Source: an uncultured Ignavibacteriaceae bacterium (GTDB taxonomy: Bacteria > Bacteroidota > Ignavibacteria > UBA10030). Taken from it: a stretch of DNA of 59,216 bases. The stretch lies in assembly GCA_964645575.1 (NCBI GenBank), contig CAZYAM010000003.1:9064-68279 (forward strand), given 5' to 3'. The notes under the pieces are model-generated. The model saw only the letters and a list, made by a program, of their open reading frames with translations, did no database searches and was not told the DNA's origin. The translations under genes were made by a program, and so were the position numbers. Below are positions 1 to 9,794 of this stretch, piece by piece; position 1 is the stretch's first letter, and each line of letters starts with the position of its first letter.

Positions 1-2
1 GC

Positions 3-1424
3 TTTTTTAAGATCCTGCGCCGTAATTACTTCATGCTCCATCTGCTTGACATCTTCATCGAACGGATTGACTATAAATGCAAGTGCAACTTCACCCAGAG
101 CATCTTCATATCTGCCATCGTTCAAATATCCGCGGGCCTTAGACAGGTAGAGGAAAACCTTTTCCTTGTCAGCGCGTCGTTTGGCTTCGGTTTCAGCACT
201 CTCGCCGAGTACGGCACGTTCACGCTCTGCTTGTTCAAGCTGGCGGAGTTCTTCCTCTTGCCGGCGGCGTACAACTTCTTCCTCCTGCTGGCGCTGCTCA
301 TTAGCGATACGTAAGGCCTCTTCTTGTGCTGCCTGAATACGTTTCTCGCAAGCTTGCAATGCATCATTAACCGGATCCAATACATATGCCCGTGTAATGA
401 CACGCAAAGCTTCCGACCACTTTTGTTGACTGGCAAGTCGCTCTGCATTTTCGATATGTTTTTGAATTGCGCTGAAAATTGCTTCACGTTTTTTCCGCTG
501 CTCTTCCTCCCGTTTACGGTATTGTTCAAATTGTGCAGCTTGTTCCTGTTCCTGGGCATCACGTATTTTCCGCTCTAATGCCAAGACGTCTTCGTTCAGC
601 GGGTCTATCACAACAACAAATGCTAATTCACTTAACGCCTCATCAAGGCGGCCGTTCTCGAGAAAATCTTGTGCACGGTTGAGGTACTGAGTAATCTTCT
701 GTTGTTGCGCCAGTCTTCGGGCTTCCTCTTCTTTGCGCCGTTTCTCTTCCTTCTCCTTTTGCATTCGCGCTACTTGAGATCTCAAAAGCTCCTGGCGTTT
801 GCGTTCATCATCCTGCTGTTTCTGAAGTCGTTCTTGTTCGTCGTGTAAACGGGTTTCTTCCTGGGTTTTCCGTACGTTGTTTTCTGCTGCATGAATTTTT
901 TCATTTGCAGGGTCAAGCAGGTATGCACGCGCAATTTCATCCAGTGCGCGGTCGAAATCACCTTTTGCTAAATAATCCTTTGAGCGCGTTAGGAAGGTAG
1001 CGATCTTGGTTTCAATGGCCTGTCGCCTAAGCTCTTCATTCTTCCGTCGTTCCTCTTCCTCTTTTTTGCGAATTACTACTTCTTGTTCTTGTTTTACTGC
1101 AACAGCAGCAGAACGCTGCGCTTCAACGATAGCGAGATTTGAAATGTGTTCTAAAGCAGCCGGAAGAGGCTGAGGTGCAGGCGGCTGCGGGGAGATCTTG
1201 TTGGCTTCCGGCTTTTTATCTTTCTGAGCCGTAACAAGAGAACGAACTCTTTCTTCATATGCTAATGCGTACAAATTCCTCGGATCCCTGGCACGCGCTT
1301 TGGCGATCTCCTCCAATGCAGCCGTGTGATTTCCTTCCCGCACAAGTTTATCGGCTTGTTTCAGGAATATTGCAACTTCTTTTAATTGTTCGGCACTTCT
1401 TGCACTCTCTGTCGCTTTAGCCAT
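3..1424 (-). CDS. TPR-like repeat / charged coiled-coil protein (partial; 3' end runs off the window, so absent from the ORF track)
   Basis: ATG at 1424; my translation is open to the window edge (MAKATESARSAEQLKEVAIFLKQADKLVREGNHTAALEEIAKARARDPRN...). It has five TPR-like units (e.g. IATFLTRSKDYLAKGDFDRALDEIARAYLLDPAN) separated by E/R/K/Q-rich helices. Confidence 0.85.
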   Translation of the reverse strand, partial: MAKATESARSAEQLKEVAIFLKQADKLVREGNHTAALEEIAKARARDPRNLYALAYEERVRSLVTAQKDKKPEANKISPQPPAPQPLPAALEHISNLAIVEAQRSAAVAVKQEQEVVIRKKEEEERRKNEELRRQAIETKIATFLTRSKDYLAKGDFDRALDEIARAYLLDPANEKIHAAENNVRKTQEETRLHDEQERLQKQQDDERKRQELLRSQVARMQKEKEEKRRKEEEARRLAQQQKITQYLNRAQDFLENGRLDEALSELAFVVVIDPLNEDVLALERKIRDAQEQEQAAQFEQYRKREEEQRKKREAIFSAIQKHIENAERLASQQKWSEALRVITRAYVLDPVNDALQACEKRIQAAQEEALRIANEQRQQEEEVVRRRQEEELRQLEQAERERAVLGESAETEAKRRADKEKVFLYLSKARGYLNDGRYEDALGEVALAFIVNPFDEDVKQMEHEVITAQDLKK

Positions 1425-1471
1425 TATTTAAGCCTATTTTTTCTGCTGTAAAAAAAACACTTTAGCAATTC

Positions 1472-1500
1472 ATGGTATATAATTTCCTACATATTGTCAA
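1472..1500 (-). promoter_or_regulatory. Putative sigma70 promoter TTGACA-N17-TACCAT for the TPR repeat gene
   Basis: Reverse complement reads TTGACA atatgtaggaaattata TACCAT, about 50 nt upstream of ATG 1424. Confidence 0.45.
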
Positions 1501-1633
1501 TAAACCAAGTCACTCAAAAGAACAAGGGGCGTTATTGACGAAGATACCTGAAGGATGCTGCCCTAAAAAGTGAAAATGAACGCATAATGCCGCGTTATTT
1601 ATGTAAAAATGTTGTAAAATACATCTGAATTTG

Positions 1634-1708
1634 TCGGGGTGAGAGGATTCGAACCTCCGACCTCCTGCGCCCAAGGCAGGCGCTCTAACCGGGCTGAGCC
1701 ACACCCCG
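1634..1708 (-). tRNA. tRNA-Pro (TGG)
   Basis: CGGGGTG...CACCCCGA acceptor stem, anticodon arm CCTGC-CTTGGGC-GCAGG, T-loop GGTTCGAATCC; CCA not encoded. Confidence 0.97.
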
Positions 1709-1791
1709 AACGTATATATATAAATATACGGAAAATCCGGCGGCAAAACAACAATTACTCTCTGATATCATCTATCTTCTTCAAGATATAA

Positions 1792-3045
1792 TTACCGGCG
1801 TTTTGTCAGCCACCATTCTGGATTCTGCTTCTCCCGCTCTTTCCAAATTTCAAAGTGGAGAATGGCTCCAGCTACAGTATCGCCGCTTTTTGCGATTACC
1901 ATTCCTTCCGAAATACGCTGCGATTCTTTTACAGAAATATCCGATAGATGCGCGTATACAGTACGATAGCCGTTAAAGTGATTTAGTATTAAAACATTGC
2001 CGAAACCGGGGATGAAAGATAGTACGGCCACTTCTCCGTCCGCAACAGCCAGAACATCAGAACCAACGGGTGTGGCTATGTCTATACCTGTATTTTTTGT
2101 GACAGTTTTTAGAACAGGATGGATCTGGTTGCCGAAACGTGACTGTACAGATCCATGTGTCACCGGCCATCGAAGTTTTCCCCTTTGTTGTGCAAAGCCG
2201 AAAGAGGAGGCTGATTCAACCGGTTTTTGTACGGGCGATCTAGATCGTTCGTGTTCCCGCATTTCTGCCAACTCGCGTTCACGACGTTCGGCTTCCTCGC
2301 GTTCTTTCCGGATTCGTTCTTTCTCGATTAAATCTGCAATTAGCTTTTCAATCTGCTGAAAAGCTTGCATCTTCCGGTTAAGTTCTCTTTTGTAGGTTTT
2401 CTTATTCTTTCGTATTTTTTTAAGCACCGCTTGCCGCCGGGAAAATGTCTTCTTGAGTTTTTCTTCTTCACGCGTTTTCTCATTCAGAAGCTGCCGCTCG
2501 TGCTGCAGCTTTAAAAGCAGTTGTTCGTTCTTTTGTTCAAGTATGGCCTTATTTTTGTCGATCTCTTTGAGCTCTTTGGCCCGTTGTTCGGAAAAACTCT
2601 TCAAATATTGAATACGGATAGAAAGCTGGTTTATCGATTGAGAGGAAAAAAGCAGTTCTAGATCGTATACCCGGCCGTGTTTATATACCGAACAGATATA
2701 GTTGGCATAATGTGACTTCAGAAACTGCAGCTGTTTTTCAAGGTCAGAGATCGTTGTTTTGGCGGTGTCGATTTCTGCCGTCATTCCAATTTCTTCTTCT
2801 CTAAGTTTTTGTATCAATCGGCGCATAAGAATGGATTGACGTTCGAGATTATCGAGACGTTCGAGCGTGACTTTCTCTTTCTTGTTGCTTTCTCTTATTT
2901 TTTTCTCGTATGCCTGAATATCACTGCGCAGTTTCTGTAGCTCATTTTCTTTCTGTTTAATCTCACGTACAGTCTTCTGGGCAGAAGCGGGAAGTGCGAT
3001 GATTAAAAAAAGGACAAAGAGAAAGATGCGAGACAGATAGAACAT
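1792..3045 (-). CDS. envC: Murein hydrolase activator EnvC-like (coiled coil plus M23/LytM domain)
   Basis: Signal peptide, long coiled coil, C-terminal M23 fold (NTGIDIA, YRTVYAHL, LHFEIW); the first Zn ligand is replaced (NTGID), as in non-catalytic EnvC. Confidence 0.85.
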   Translation of the reverse strand: MFYLSRIFLFVLFLIIALPASAQKTVREIKQKENELQKLRSDIQAYEKKIRESNKKEKVTLERLDNLERQSILMRRLIQKLREEEIGMTAEIDTAKTTISDLEKQLQFLKSHYANYICSVYKHGRVYDLELLFSSQSINQLSIRIQYLKSFSEQRAKELKEIDKNKAILEQKNEQLLLKLQHERQLLNEKTREEEKLKKTFSRRQAVLKKIRKNKKTYKRELNRKMQAFQQIEKLIADLIEKERIRKEREEAERRERELAEMREHERSRSPVQKPVESASSFGFAQQRGKLRWPVTHGSVQSRFGNQIHPVLKTVTKNTGIDIATPVGSDVLAVADGEVAVLSFIPGFGNVLILNHFNGYRTVYAHLSDISVKESQRISEGMVIAKSGDTVAGAILHFEIWKEREKQNPEWWLTKRR

Positions 3046-3818
3046 TACCAGCGAATTCGTTCAGCGTTCTGTGGAATCGTAAAGGTAAACTGAAGTTGTT
3101 CGATGTTTACCATAATATCGGAATAATTAAGCGTCAGCATTTGCTGTGTTTCAGGTTTTGTGATACATATGGCGTACGGCATTTTGATTTCGCCGACATT
3201 CTCAAAATCGTTGAAGGTTTGCTCGAGTGTAAGATTCCCGTTGTGATCCAAAAACTGAATTTTTTGAATGTATAAGGATATCGGTTCAATCCAGTATCGT
3301 CGAGTAGAATTATTGGAATTATATATGAAAACAAACTGGTTGTCTTCTATGCTTTTCTGGTCGGGAGAGCGGAGATCATCGTCAAGAAATCCTCCGCCGG
3401 AAAAAATATTCAGCAGATCATCAAAATTTAATTGTACGTGAAGGATACGATTCAGGTTTTCTATGCTTGTAGAACCGGTGATGAGTTGGTTCTCTATGCT
3501 GTTATAAAAAGCGAATTCTGTACGGGTTAAAAGTGCAGATCCAACTTTAATGCCGAACGGTCCGCGAAGACTGATTAGAACAGAGTCAGGTTTGCGGAGT
3601 GTCAAGATAAATGCACCGCTTTGAGCTATTTCCGGTGTTTCAACAGATATCCGTCCTTCACCTTGAATGGATTGAATACGTGTGTGATGTGTACGGGCAA
3701 TTTCTTGTACTTCCTCAGATGTGATAGACATGTCGCTCAAATTCAACGTGCTTGTTGTTCGGCATCCGGTGTATAAAAGACTGAAAAGGATCAATATTAA
3801 AGAAAAACGCTGTAGCAT
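3045..3818 (-). CDS. DUF4292-family (LolA/LolB-like fold) lipoprotein
   Basis: Lipobox LYTGC; LRKPDSVLISLRGPFGIKVG pattern; lies between the TPR gene and envC, a typical FCB gene order. Confidence 0.75.
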   Translation of the reverse strand: MLQRFSLILILFSLLYTGCRTTSTLNLSDMSITSEEVQEIARTHHTRIQSIQGEGRISVETPEIAQSGAFILTLRKPDSVLISLRGPFGIKVGSALLTRTEFAFYNSIENQLITGSTSIENLNRILHVQLNFDDLLNIFSGGGFLDDDLRSPDQKSIEDNQFVFIYNSNNSTRRYWIEPISLYIQKIQFLDHNGNLTLEQTFNDFENVGEIKMPYAICITKPETQQMLTLNYSDIMVNIEQLQFTFTIPQNAERIRW

Positions 3819-5551
3819 TACTTCACTCCTCGCATGATTTTTTCTTGTGCACTTTTGTTCTTGGAATCCAACTCAAACGCTTTTTTCCACGACTCCAGGG
3901 CTTTCTCATTTTGCCCCAGTTTCTCATAGACATCGCCAAGATGCTCGTGGACAACAGAACTGGCCTGCCCGGTTATTATTGATTTTTCAATATATACTAC
4001 GGCATCTTCGTAATTATGTAATTTAAAAAGTATCCAGCCGTAAGTATCAAGGTATGCAGCATTGTCCGGTTCCGCGGTAATAGCCTGTTTTGACATTTCC
4101 AGCGCGCGTTCCAGTTGAAGTCCTCGTTCGGCGAGACTGTATCCAAAGTTGTTAAGAAGGAGAGCGGATTTTGGATCCTGTCTCAATCCTTCCTCGTATA
4201 TACTATCGCTTTGTGCATAACGCTGTAATCCATCTAATGTCAAAGCAAGTGTACTGATAGTATTGAGATCTTTTGGGTTAAGCTCGTATGCTTTCTCCAA
4301 TGGTTTCACAGATTCTTCCTGTCTATCCATTCGTGATAGTGCTAGTCCCTGCAATAAGTAGAAACGGAAATCGTTCGGCAGGATCTTTTGCGCTTGTTCC
4401 ATAGTCTCAAGCAGTTTGTCATACTTCTTTTGATCAAATAAGGAGGAACCAAAAAACCACCACGCATCGCCATGGCGTTCTTCCAGTTTTGTTACTTGTT
4501 CGAAGTAGCTTCCGGCAAGCGAGTCTTTATGCTGATTTGCTGCAATAGCTCCAAGATACCAGCAAGACCGCCAGTCGGTTGGTACTTCTTTGTGCAGGTT
4601 CTCAAAAAAAGTGGTTGCTTTTGGAATCAATGTAGAGTCATGCTCCGACAATCCAAAGAATCCGATACCGATTCGCAACTTGATTTCCGTATTCTTAATA
4701 TCCCGATTCAAAAGTCCTTCATATAGATCGATTGCTTTTTGGAATTGTTTTTGCTCTAAATAAAAATCTGCGAGTGTTGCAACGGCGTCTGTATCTGAAG
4801 AATCCGATGCAACCATTGACTCGAGTAGTGTCTGCGCCTGTTCCGGTTTACCACTCTTTGAATAGGTTTTGGCGAGTTGCTTCAGAAGCTGCTTATTGCC
4901 GGGATCAAGCTCTAAAATTCGCTTATATTTTACGGCAGCTTCATCATAAAGCTCGAGTGAAAAATAAAGCTGTGCGCATTGAAAAAGAATATCCAATTGC
5001 CCGTCATCTCGGCCGAGTAATTTCTCGTATATCTCAATTGCTTTCAGAGGGTGCGACGGCCTATAGAGATGCGCCAGTGTGAACCAACCGGCAGTATAAT
5101 TTGAATCGATCTTTACAATTTCTTCGTACTCGCGGATCGCTAAATCCGGCCGCGATGCTTGAAAATATATGGTCCCAAGATTTTCGCGGTAAGTTATATT
5201 CTGCTGTTCCAGCCGAACAGCTTCAGCTGCAGTTTCAACGGCACGGTTGAATTTGTTCAATAGCAAATAATCTTTAGAGATAGCATAGAAAATCGCAGCG
5301 TTCGGCTCTGCTTGAAGCGCTTCTTGATATTCAAGGATTGCTTCCGCGTAGGAACCCTTTGCATCCAGTGCCGTGCCTTCGATAAAATGCTGAAGTGCAC
5401 GATCATGACGCATCTCTTTAATTCTATCGCTCTGCTGTGCGTTTGTGTGGTCAGAACGCACTGATTGAGAAGAATTACTGCAGCCGTAGAGAAAAAAAAT
5501 CCCCACGATTGAAGTGAGGAATAAAAATGACTTCAAGTTGCTGTTCATCAA
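3818..5551 (-). CDS. Tetratricopeptide repeat lipoprotein
   Basis: Lipobox FLYGC; many TPRs including LNNFGYSLAE, YLDTYGWILFK and HEHLGDVY. Confidence 0.9.
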   Translation of the reverse strand: MMNSNLKSFLFLTSIVGIFFLYGCSNSSQSVRSDHTNAQQSDRIKEMRHDRALQHFIEGTALDAKGSYAEAILEYQEALQAEPNAAIFYAISKDYLLLNKFNRAVETAAEAVRLEQQNITYRENLGTIYFQASRPDLAIREYEEIVKIDSNYTAGWFTLAHLYRPSHPLKAIEIYEKLLGRDDGQLDILFQCAQLYFSLELYDEAAVKYKRILELDPGNKQLLKQLAKTYSKSGKPEQAQTLLESMVASDSSDTDAVATLADFYLEQKQFQKAIDLYEGLLNRDIKNTEIKLRIGIGFFGLSEHDSTLIPKATTFFENLHKEVPTDWRSCWYLGAIAANQHKDSLAGSYFEQVTKLEERHGDAWWFFGSSLFDQKKYDKLLETMEQAQKILPNDFRFYLLQGLALSRMDRQEESVKPLEKAYELNPKDLNTISTLALTLDGLQRYAQSDSIYEEGLRQDPKSALLLNNFGYSLAERGLQLERALEMSKQAITAEPDNAAYLDTYGWILFKLHNYEDAVVYIEKSIITGQASSVVHEHLGDVYEKLGQNEKALESWKKAFELDSKNKSAQEKIMRGVK

Positions 5552-5634
5552 TATAAATATATTGAAACACTACATAACTTACAAGTATAGCGCCGCTTGT
5601 TTTGTAAATGGAAAGCATGTATTTTTGATAATAT

Positions 5635-6579
5635 ATGGAAACAGCCCAGATATATGACCTTGCTGTTGCTTGGAACTGGGAATATGACCTTGGATTTATT
5701 GATTATGTGCGCAAGGCTGCCTACCGAGATGATATTTCAGTATTGGAAATTCGTAATGAAAATGTCGAAGAAATTTACGACCTATTATGCAAAGATAGAA
5801 TCCGCTTCAGATACTTTCTTGACCGTGCTTCCGATGAAGACGAAATGTTCCAGCCTTTGGCATTGTATATATTAGAACAATTCCGTTCCGGCGGCACGAC
5901 TGCACCGCATCCTATCAATCCATACGATCTTCAAGCCATTGCCGCCGATAAAGCAACGATGCATCTCGAATTTCTTTCGCATAATATTAATGTTCCTTAT
6001 ACCATCATTATATTGCCGTATAATCACAAAAATGAGATTGGGCTTTCGTTAAGCGAGTTGGCAAAACTCGGCCGGCCGTTTATTATCAAGCCGGCAAATA
6101 CAACCGGAGGCGGCTTAGGTGTTGTGATCGGAGCTGAAACCCTGAAAGAAGTTATCGATGCGCGCCAATCTAATAAGAATGATAAATATCTGCTGCAGGA
6201 GACGATTACGCCGACTATTTTTGCCGAGCGGCGGGCATGGTTTCGTGTATTCTATGCTTTTGGCGACATCATCCCTTCATGGTGGAATGACATCACTCAT
6301 ATTTATTCTCCGATGTCTGAAGAAGAAGAAAAGCGGTTAGGTCTCGGACAACTTCGAACCATTACCGACCGTATTCACACCATTTGTCAGCTTGAATTCT
6401 TTTCAACGGAATTAGCTTTTACTGCCGATGGAGGATGTATTGCAGTAGATTATGTGAATGAATTGTGTGATATGCGGCTTCAATCGGAGATTCCCGACGG
6501 TGTACCGGATATCATTGTTCAACGTATCATTGCCCGAATGATGGAGTGTGTGAAATGCAAGAATCTCGGAGGTATGTAG
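5635..6579 (+). CDS. ATP-grasp fold protein of unknown function
   Basis: ADKATMH, PFIIKPANTTGGGLGV, YLLQETI and AVDYVN motifs. Confidence 0.75.
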   Translation: METAQIYDLAVAWNWEYDLGFIDYVRKAAYRDDISVLEIRNENVEEIYDLLCKDRIRFRYFLDRASDEDEMFQPLALYILEQFRSGGTTAPHPINPYDLQAIAADKATMHLEFLSHNINVPYTIIILPYNHKNEIGLSLSELAKLGRPFIIKPANTTGGGLGVVIGAETLKEVIDARQSNKNDKYLLQETITPTIFAERRAWFRVFYAFGDIIPSWWNDITHIYSPMSEEEEKRLGLGQLRTITDRIHTICQLEFFSTELAFTADGGCIAVDYVNELCDMRLQSEIPDGVPDIIVQRIIARMMECVKCKNLGGM

Positions 6580-6613
6580 GAATAAAATACGTATGTGATT
6601 TTGGGAAAACCAC

Positions 6614-6642
6614 TTGACTTTCAATGAGTGTATTAATAAATT
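6614..6642 (+). promoter_or_regulatory. Putative sigma70 promoter TTGACT-N17-TAAATT
   Basis: Canonical spacing upstream of GGAGG and ATG 6698; the ORF-track TTG start coincides with the -35 box. Confidence 0.45.
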
Positions 6643-6697
6643 TAGCAGGAGATATGACAAATCCACTATTATTCATTCGCAATTGTTTGGAGGCTTT

Positions 6698-7516
6698 ATG
6701 GGTCTCAATAAATTGATAAGTAGCAGCCTTTTACGAAGACATTCTTGGTTTATCATTCTCGCCCTGTTTATGTTCATACTGGCCGGCTGCGGTGAAAGCG
6801 AAGAAGTTGTAATTGAAGAATCTCAAGAAGCAGCGGAGGAGACTTCGTCCGATCAAGCACTAACGAACTTCATTGGAGCTGATACGGATGTATCATCGAC
6901 AGGGTCCAGCGCCACTAAAATAGCACAATACGAAAAATTGGTTCAGGATCTCCGTACGGAAAATACGAGCTTGAAGCAAAATATTGTAAAATTGGAGCAG
7001 GAAAACCGAAGCATGAATGCTCGTTTGACCGAACTTAATGCAAAGTATATGTCGGAGAAATTTAGAGCTGATTCTACGGAAATGCTGGCTAAAGGTGCGA
7101 GTATGGCGCCAAAGGCAAAGGCTGTTATAGATAAAGATGATTACCTTCCGCCTTCAGAATCGACATATGATTATGCTATGGATCAATTTAGAGCGCGCAG
7201 GTATGATTCTGCTGTCAAGGGTTTTAAAGCAATTGTTGAAGGCGGCGGCCAGGATGAGTTGGTCGGCCGGTCAAAGTATTGGCTGGGTGAATCCTACTTT
7301 GCACAGAAAAACTATAGAAATGCATTGCCGTTGTTTCTGAATGTGCTGAAAATGAAAAGTTCCGTAAAGAAAGCCGATGCTCAGTATATGCTCGGACGGA
7401 CGTATGAGAACCTCGGCAACAAGGCAAAGGCTAAAGCAGCTTATGAAAAAGTAGTAAAGAATTATCCGATGAGCAGGAACGTAAAATCTGCAAAGGCACG
7501 TTGGGCAAGATTATAA
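6698..7516 (+). CDS. CpoB/YbgF-like TPR lipoprotein (coiled coil plus C-terminal TPR)
   Basis: GGAGG RBS before ATG 6698; lipobox ILAGC; YWLGESYFAQKNY...KKADAQYMLG...VVKNYP. Confidence 0.75.
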   Translation: MGLNKLISSSLLRRHSWFIILALFMFILAGCGESEEVVIEESQEAAEETSSDQALTNFIGADTDVSSTGSSATKIAQYEKLVQDLRTENTSLKQNIVKLEQENRSMNARLTELNAKYMSEKFRADSTEMLAKGASMAPKAKAVIDKDDYLPPSESTYDYAMDQFRARRYDSAVKGFKAIVEGGGQDELVGRSKYWLGESYFAQKNYRNALPLFLNVLKMKSSVKKADAQYMLGRTYENLGNKAKAKAAYEKVVKNYPMSRNVKSAKARWARL

Positions 7517-7538
7517 TTCGTTTTTTAATAGTATATTG

Positions 7539-7572
7539 AAAACCCGTTAGCTGCTGTGCAACGGGTTTTTTT
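7539..7572 (+). terminator. Intrinsic terminator
   Basis: AAAACCCGTT-agctgctgtgc-AACGGGTTTT followed by a T run, just after the cpoB-like gene. Confidence 0.8.
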
Positions 7573-7747
7573 ATGTGTCTTCGGAATATCGTTACTGCGG
7601 GGGATATACCATAATCCTTATGCTGCGTGGAATAATTCATTTTGTGACTATAGACGCATAATAATTTCCGTTGCTTCTATAGTTCTTTTATCTTGTTCAA
7701 TCCATCTATTTATTGAATTCATCTTCTTCCATCGCTATATTGAACAT

Positions 7748-9106
7748 ATGTCTAAAAATTTAACAAAGTATGTCTGCCAGTCGTGCGGTTATGTCTCGCC
7801 GCGATGGATCGGTAAATGTCCGAACTGCTCCGAATGGAGTACATTTGTCGAAGAAGCTGCAAGACCTTTGAGAGCATCTCGAAAGTCGGGTGTTGCTTCA
7901 AAGATTGAACCAGTTTCTTTCGATCAAATTGAGAAAGAGGATATTCCGCGCATTAAAACGATGCTGAACGAATTTGATCGTGTGCTTGGAGGCGGACTTG
8001 TACCAGGTTCGCTTGTTCTATTGGGCGGCGATCCGGGTATCGGAAAATCTACACTTATGATGCAGCTGGCGATTGCGTTGAAAGATAAAATAATTTTGTA
8101 TGTAACCGGTGAAGAATCCGTTCGGCAAATCAAACTTCGCGCCGAACGGCTGAATGCCGTCTCGTCAAAAAATATTTTACTCCTTGCTGAAACCAACCTC
8201 GATCTCATTCTGGATGTGATAGAATCCGGCACTCCGGATCTTGTTGTTATTGATTCTATTCAGACCATGTTTCGGCCCGGACTTGAAAGCGCACCGGGCA
8301 GTGTAAGTCAGGTGCGTGAATCCGCCGCCTTATTACTGCGCCTTGCCAAGACCCGCGGTATCCCGGTCATTCTTGTCGGGCATGTAACAAAAGAAGGCGT
8401 TATCGCGGGGCCTAAAGTAATAGAACATATGGTAGACACTGTTCTCCAGTTTGAGGGCGAAGCTCATTATGCTTATAGGATTCTGCGTGCGTTGAAGAAT
8501 CGGTTCGGTTCGACTAATGAGATCGGAATTTTTGAAATGCATGATACAGGCCTGCGGGAGGTCCTTAATCCGTCCGAAATATTTCTTTCAGAGCGCCATT
8601 ATGGTACTTCAGGCTCCACTGTGGTCGCAAGTATTGAAGGCTCACGCCCCATCCTTGTTGAAGTGCAGGCGCTGGTAACACCTACGAACTTTGGAATGCC
8701 GCAGCGTACATGCACCGGTTTTGACTACCGGCGGCTGGCATTATTGCTCGCCGTATTGGAAAAACGCGTCGGGATGAATCTCGGCCAGCAGGATGTATTT
8801 GTGAACGTTGCCGGCGGTATCCGTATCGATGAGCCGGCAGTGGATTTAGGAATAGCTTCTTCTATTGCATCGAGCCTGCGCGATATTCCCGTCGATTCGT
8901 CGTCTGTTGCGGTTGGTGAAATTGGACTGGGTGGAGAGATTCGCACGATCGGACAAATTGAAAAACGTGTTCATGAAGCGGCGAAACTCGGATTCAAACG
9001 CATCATTGTTCCTCTGCATAATTTGAAAACACTTAAACCAACCGGCGATATCGAGATTATCGGAGTTGACCGCATTGAAAAAGCTATAGAAACACTGATC
9101 GGCTGA
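7748..9106 (+). CDS. radA: DNA repair protein RadA/Sms
   Basis: C4 zinc finger CQSCG..CPNC, Walker A GGDPGIGKST, KNRFG motif, Lon-like C-terminus; start moved to ATG 7748. Confidence 0.97.
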   Translation: MSKNLTKYVCQSCGYVSPRWIGKCPNCSEWSTFVEEAARPLRASRKSGVASKIEPVSFDQIEKEDIPRIKTMLNEFDRVLGGGLVPGSLVLLGGDPGIGKSTLMMQLAIALKDKIILYVTGEESVRQIKLRAERLNAVSSKNILLLAETNLDLILDVIESGTPDLVVIDSIQTMFRPGLESAPGSVSQVRESAALLLRLAKTRGIPVILVGHVTKEGVIAGPKVIEHMVDTVLQFEGEAHYAYRILRALKNRFGSTNEIGIFEMHDTGLREVLNPSEIFLSERHYGTSGSTVVASIEGSRPILVEVQALVTPTNFGMPQRTCTGFDYRRLALLLAVLEKRVGMNLGQQDVFVNVAGGIRIDEPAVDLGIASSIASSLRDIPVDSSSVAVGEIGLGGEIRTIGQIEKRVHEAAKLGFKRIIVPLHNLKTLKPTGDIEIIGVDRIEKAIETLIG

Positions 9107-9131
9107 TACCACTATCTTACTTCAATCTCTT

Positions 9132-9737
9132 ATGACTAAACTTATTCTTGCAACGCGAAATAAACATAAAGCACAAGAGCTGCAGACACTGCTCGGCGAT
9201 CTCAATCTCGAGATACTTACGCTTAACGATGTTTCTACTGAATTGATCTTGAGAGAAGACGGGAACACTTTCGAGGCTAATGCACTTCAAAAAGCCCGCA
9301 CAGTGTACAATCACACGAAATTACTCACGTTAGCAGATGATTCCGGTCTGGAAGTATTTTTTCTCAACGGCAGACCCGGAGTGTTCTCCGCCCGCTATGC
9401 CGGTGTAAATGCAACGGATGAGATGAATAACCGGAAATTGCTTATGGAGATGCGTGCTGTGGCGCCGCGTCGCAGGAGGGCACAATTCCGTTCAGTGCTT
9501 GCCCTTGTAGGCAAAGGTATTGAAGAATTGACGGAAGGAATCTGTACCGGAATGCTTGGCGAAACTCCTCGCGGTACTAACGGATTTGGATATGACCCGA
9601 TATTTATTCCTGCCGGATTTACTAAAACATATGCAGAACTCAACGCAGAAGAAAAGAATCTTATAAGTCACCGTGCCCGGTCATTAGCCAAAATGAAAGA
9701 GGTTTTAAAAGCGAAGCTTCTTTTCTTGACTAAATGA
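9132..9737 (+). CDS. rdgB: Non-canonical purine NTP pyrophosphatase (dITP/XTP)
   Basis: ATRNKHK, ADDSGL, GVFSARYAG, GFGYDPIF and SHR motifs. Confidence 0.95.
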   Translation: MTKLILATRNKHKAQELQTLLGDLNLEILTLNDVSTELILREDGNTFEANALQKARTVYNHTKLLTLADDSGLEVFFLNGRPGVFSARYAGVNATDEMNNRKLLMEMRAVAPRRRRAQFRSVLALVGKGIEELTEGICTGMLGETPRGTNGFGYDPIFIPAGFTKTYAELNAEEKNLISHRARSLAKMKEVLKAKLLFLTK

Positions 9738-9794
9738 ATGATTCTTGTTATTATTCACGCGGTTACTGTCTCTACCAGTATGAAGGTGTAATGA

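Noticed and set aside
33-682. Short ORFs 33-314, 122-562, 324-578 and 479-682 from the track
   Set aside because: They are shadows of the long minus-strand TPR-repeat frame (3-1424). The same applies to most short antisense ORFs throughout the track.
1634-1708. tRNA-Pro as an island integration site
   Set aside because: It is flanked by housekeeping-type genes; I saw no duplicated tRNA 3' end and no integrase in the window.
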